DNA of 56,200 nt from Lama guanicoe. Its lineage: Eukaryota. Shown one piece after another: positions 54,750 through 56,200 of the stretch. Below the pieces are notes generated by a model. It searched no databases, was not told where the DNA came from, and worked only from the letters and a program-made list of their open reading frames with translations. Position 1 is the stretch's first letter. Each line of letters starts with the position of its first letter. The position numbers and the translations under genes are program-made. The stretch is from NCBI GenBank assembly GCA_013239625.1, contig MU053431.1, positions 2,818,485 through 2,874,684 on the forward strand, read 5' to 3'.

Positions 54750-56005
54750 CAGTTTTAGTCAGCTTTTGTGTGTGGTGTAGTGTGCCGTGTCCTTCTTTGG
54801 TGTGTGCTGTCCAGTTTTCCCAGCGCCATTCATTGAGGGGACTGTCCTTTCCCTGGTGAAGGTTCCTGGCTCCTTTCATGTCAATTAACTGACCACATAC
54901 CCATAGGTTACTTCTGGGCTCTCTATCTGTTCCTCTGGTCCGTGTCCTTGTTTTTGGGCCAATTCCACACTTTTTTGGTGACTATAGTTTCATAATGGAG
55001 TGTGAAGTCGGGGAAGAAGATGCCTCCAGCCTGCTCTTTTGTAGAGTCCCTTTGGCTGTTCAGGGTCCTTTGTGTTTCCACACAAATGTTAGAATTTTTT
55101 TTTCCATTCCTGTGAAAAATGCCACTGAAGTTTATTTTATTGTATTGAAATATAGTCAATTCACAATGTTTGGTTTTTTTCTTGTGTAGGGCATAGTGAT
55201 TTGACCAGGCTTGCTTTGAATTTGAACATTGCTTTGGGTAGAATGGACATTTTAACAACATTAATTCTTTCTATTTGTGAGTACAGGATATCCTTCCATT
55301 TGTTTGTGTCTGTTGCTTCTTTCCTCAGTGTTGTGAATGAAAAATACTGCAAAATGTATCAGTAAGCAAAGAATGCTGAAACCATCAAGTCATCAGCTGC
55401 TGTCGCCACCCTCCAGTGAAGACAAGCCTGCAGCGCAGCCTCTTGGTGCACTGTGAAGGGACTCAGAATAATAAAGGACAAGATACTGGCCCTAGACAGC
55501 TAGATGCTTGTCAAAGGAATGAATTCCATGAACCCAAATGTTTGCTTCCTCCCACACATAGAAAAGCTCTAAATTCTTTAAATTGAGGCACCTGGTTTTC
55601 TTTAGATAACAAGTTTTATTGTTCCAACTACCTGGTCTTTGTTGTAAAGCTCCTGTATATCCTAGCTCCTCCCCTGCCTCTTCGGAGCAATCCCTCAGAA
55701 TGATCTGAGAGGCTGTCATCCCGGCTCGAGTCCTTCTGTCAAATAAAACATAACTGTCAACTTTAAGGCTGAGCATTTATTTTAGTTGACAGTGTCTTGG
55801 AATTTTCAACATTCAGGTCTTTCAAATCCTTGATTAAATTCATTGCTAGGTTTTTTTTTTTTGATGCAATGGTAAATGATTTTTTTTAAATTCCTTTTTC
55901 TGATGCTTCATTATTAATGTATAGAAAGACAACTGGCTTTTGTGTATGGATTTTGTACCTTGTAGCTTTACTGAAATGATTCATAAGTTCTAACAGTTTT
56001 TTGAT
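54750..56005 (-). mobile_element. L1 ORF2 fragment interrupted by a solo LTR
   Basis: Minus-strand peptides NKWKDILYSQIERINVVKMSILPKA and KKLLELMNHFSKATRYKIHTQKPVVFLY are L1 ORF2-like. Confidence 0.88.
55332..55791 (+). mobile_element. 460-bp ERV1-type solo LTR with a 4-bp TSD
   Basis: TG...CA termini; gtgt at 55328-55331 and 55792-55795; AATAAA at 55742. The L1 sequence resumes across the insertion. Confidence 0.85.
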
Positions 56006-56200
56006 GGTTTGATGTGGAAAACTAGAAATCAGAAATTGCCCTGTTTGGCCTCCATCCAGGTCATCCACAGCAAAACAGTGATTTCTAGTAATTTCAAATG
56101 TATAAAACACTTTAAATAGCATTACACAGTACTCACATTTGCTACCTGACATAAAATACTCCAGTGGGTTTTGCTAAAACTGGGATAGTCTCTTCTCTCG

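Noticed and set aside
52650..56200. The preceding SPIDR coding exon (EKHLEL-type peptide) on the - strand
   Set aside because: Not found by eye. It may lie beyond the window or be absent; tBLASTn is needed.

Overview
Mammalian genomic DNA, probably camelid (inferred from the tRNA-derived SINE and young L1 3' ends). The + strand carries the last five coding exons and 3' UTR of MYT1 (2795-~9040), a repeat-rich intergenic region with a nested L1/LTR block (~16.4-22.9 kb), and a complete PCMTD2 gene: CpG-island promoter at ~24.9 kb and five coding exons from 29616 to 41572 that splice to 1086 nt (361 aa). PCMTD2 is the terminal or near-terminal gene of human 20q. Downstream are a short degenerate telomeric patch (~44.2 kb), a TE mosaic, and a ~1.8-kb degenerate (TTAGGG)n array (46384-48174) oriented as the end of the MYT1-PCMTD2 arm. 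The array is not terminal. It begins inside a truncated MER34-like LTR and is joined directly to a 5'-truncated Tigger1. The AT-rich block beyond it contains an intact, in-frame 177-nt exon resembling SPIDR (- strand, 49331-49507), a gene not linked to PCMTD2 in human, and the expected next SPIDR exon is absent. The most notable object is therefore a relic telomere fused to a truncated SPIDR-like segment (subtelomeric duplication, rearrangement breakpoint or misassembly). I found no prokaryotic-type system such as CRISPR. Repeat family names and orthologue comparisons are from memory and need confirmation.
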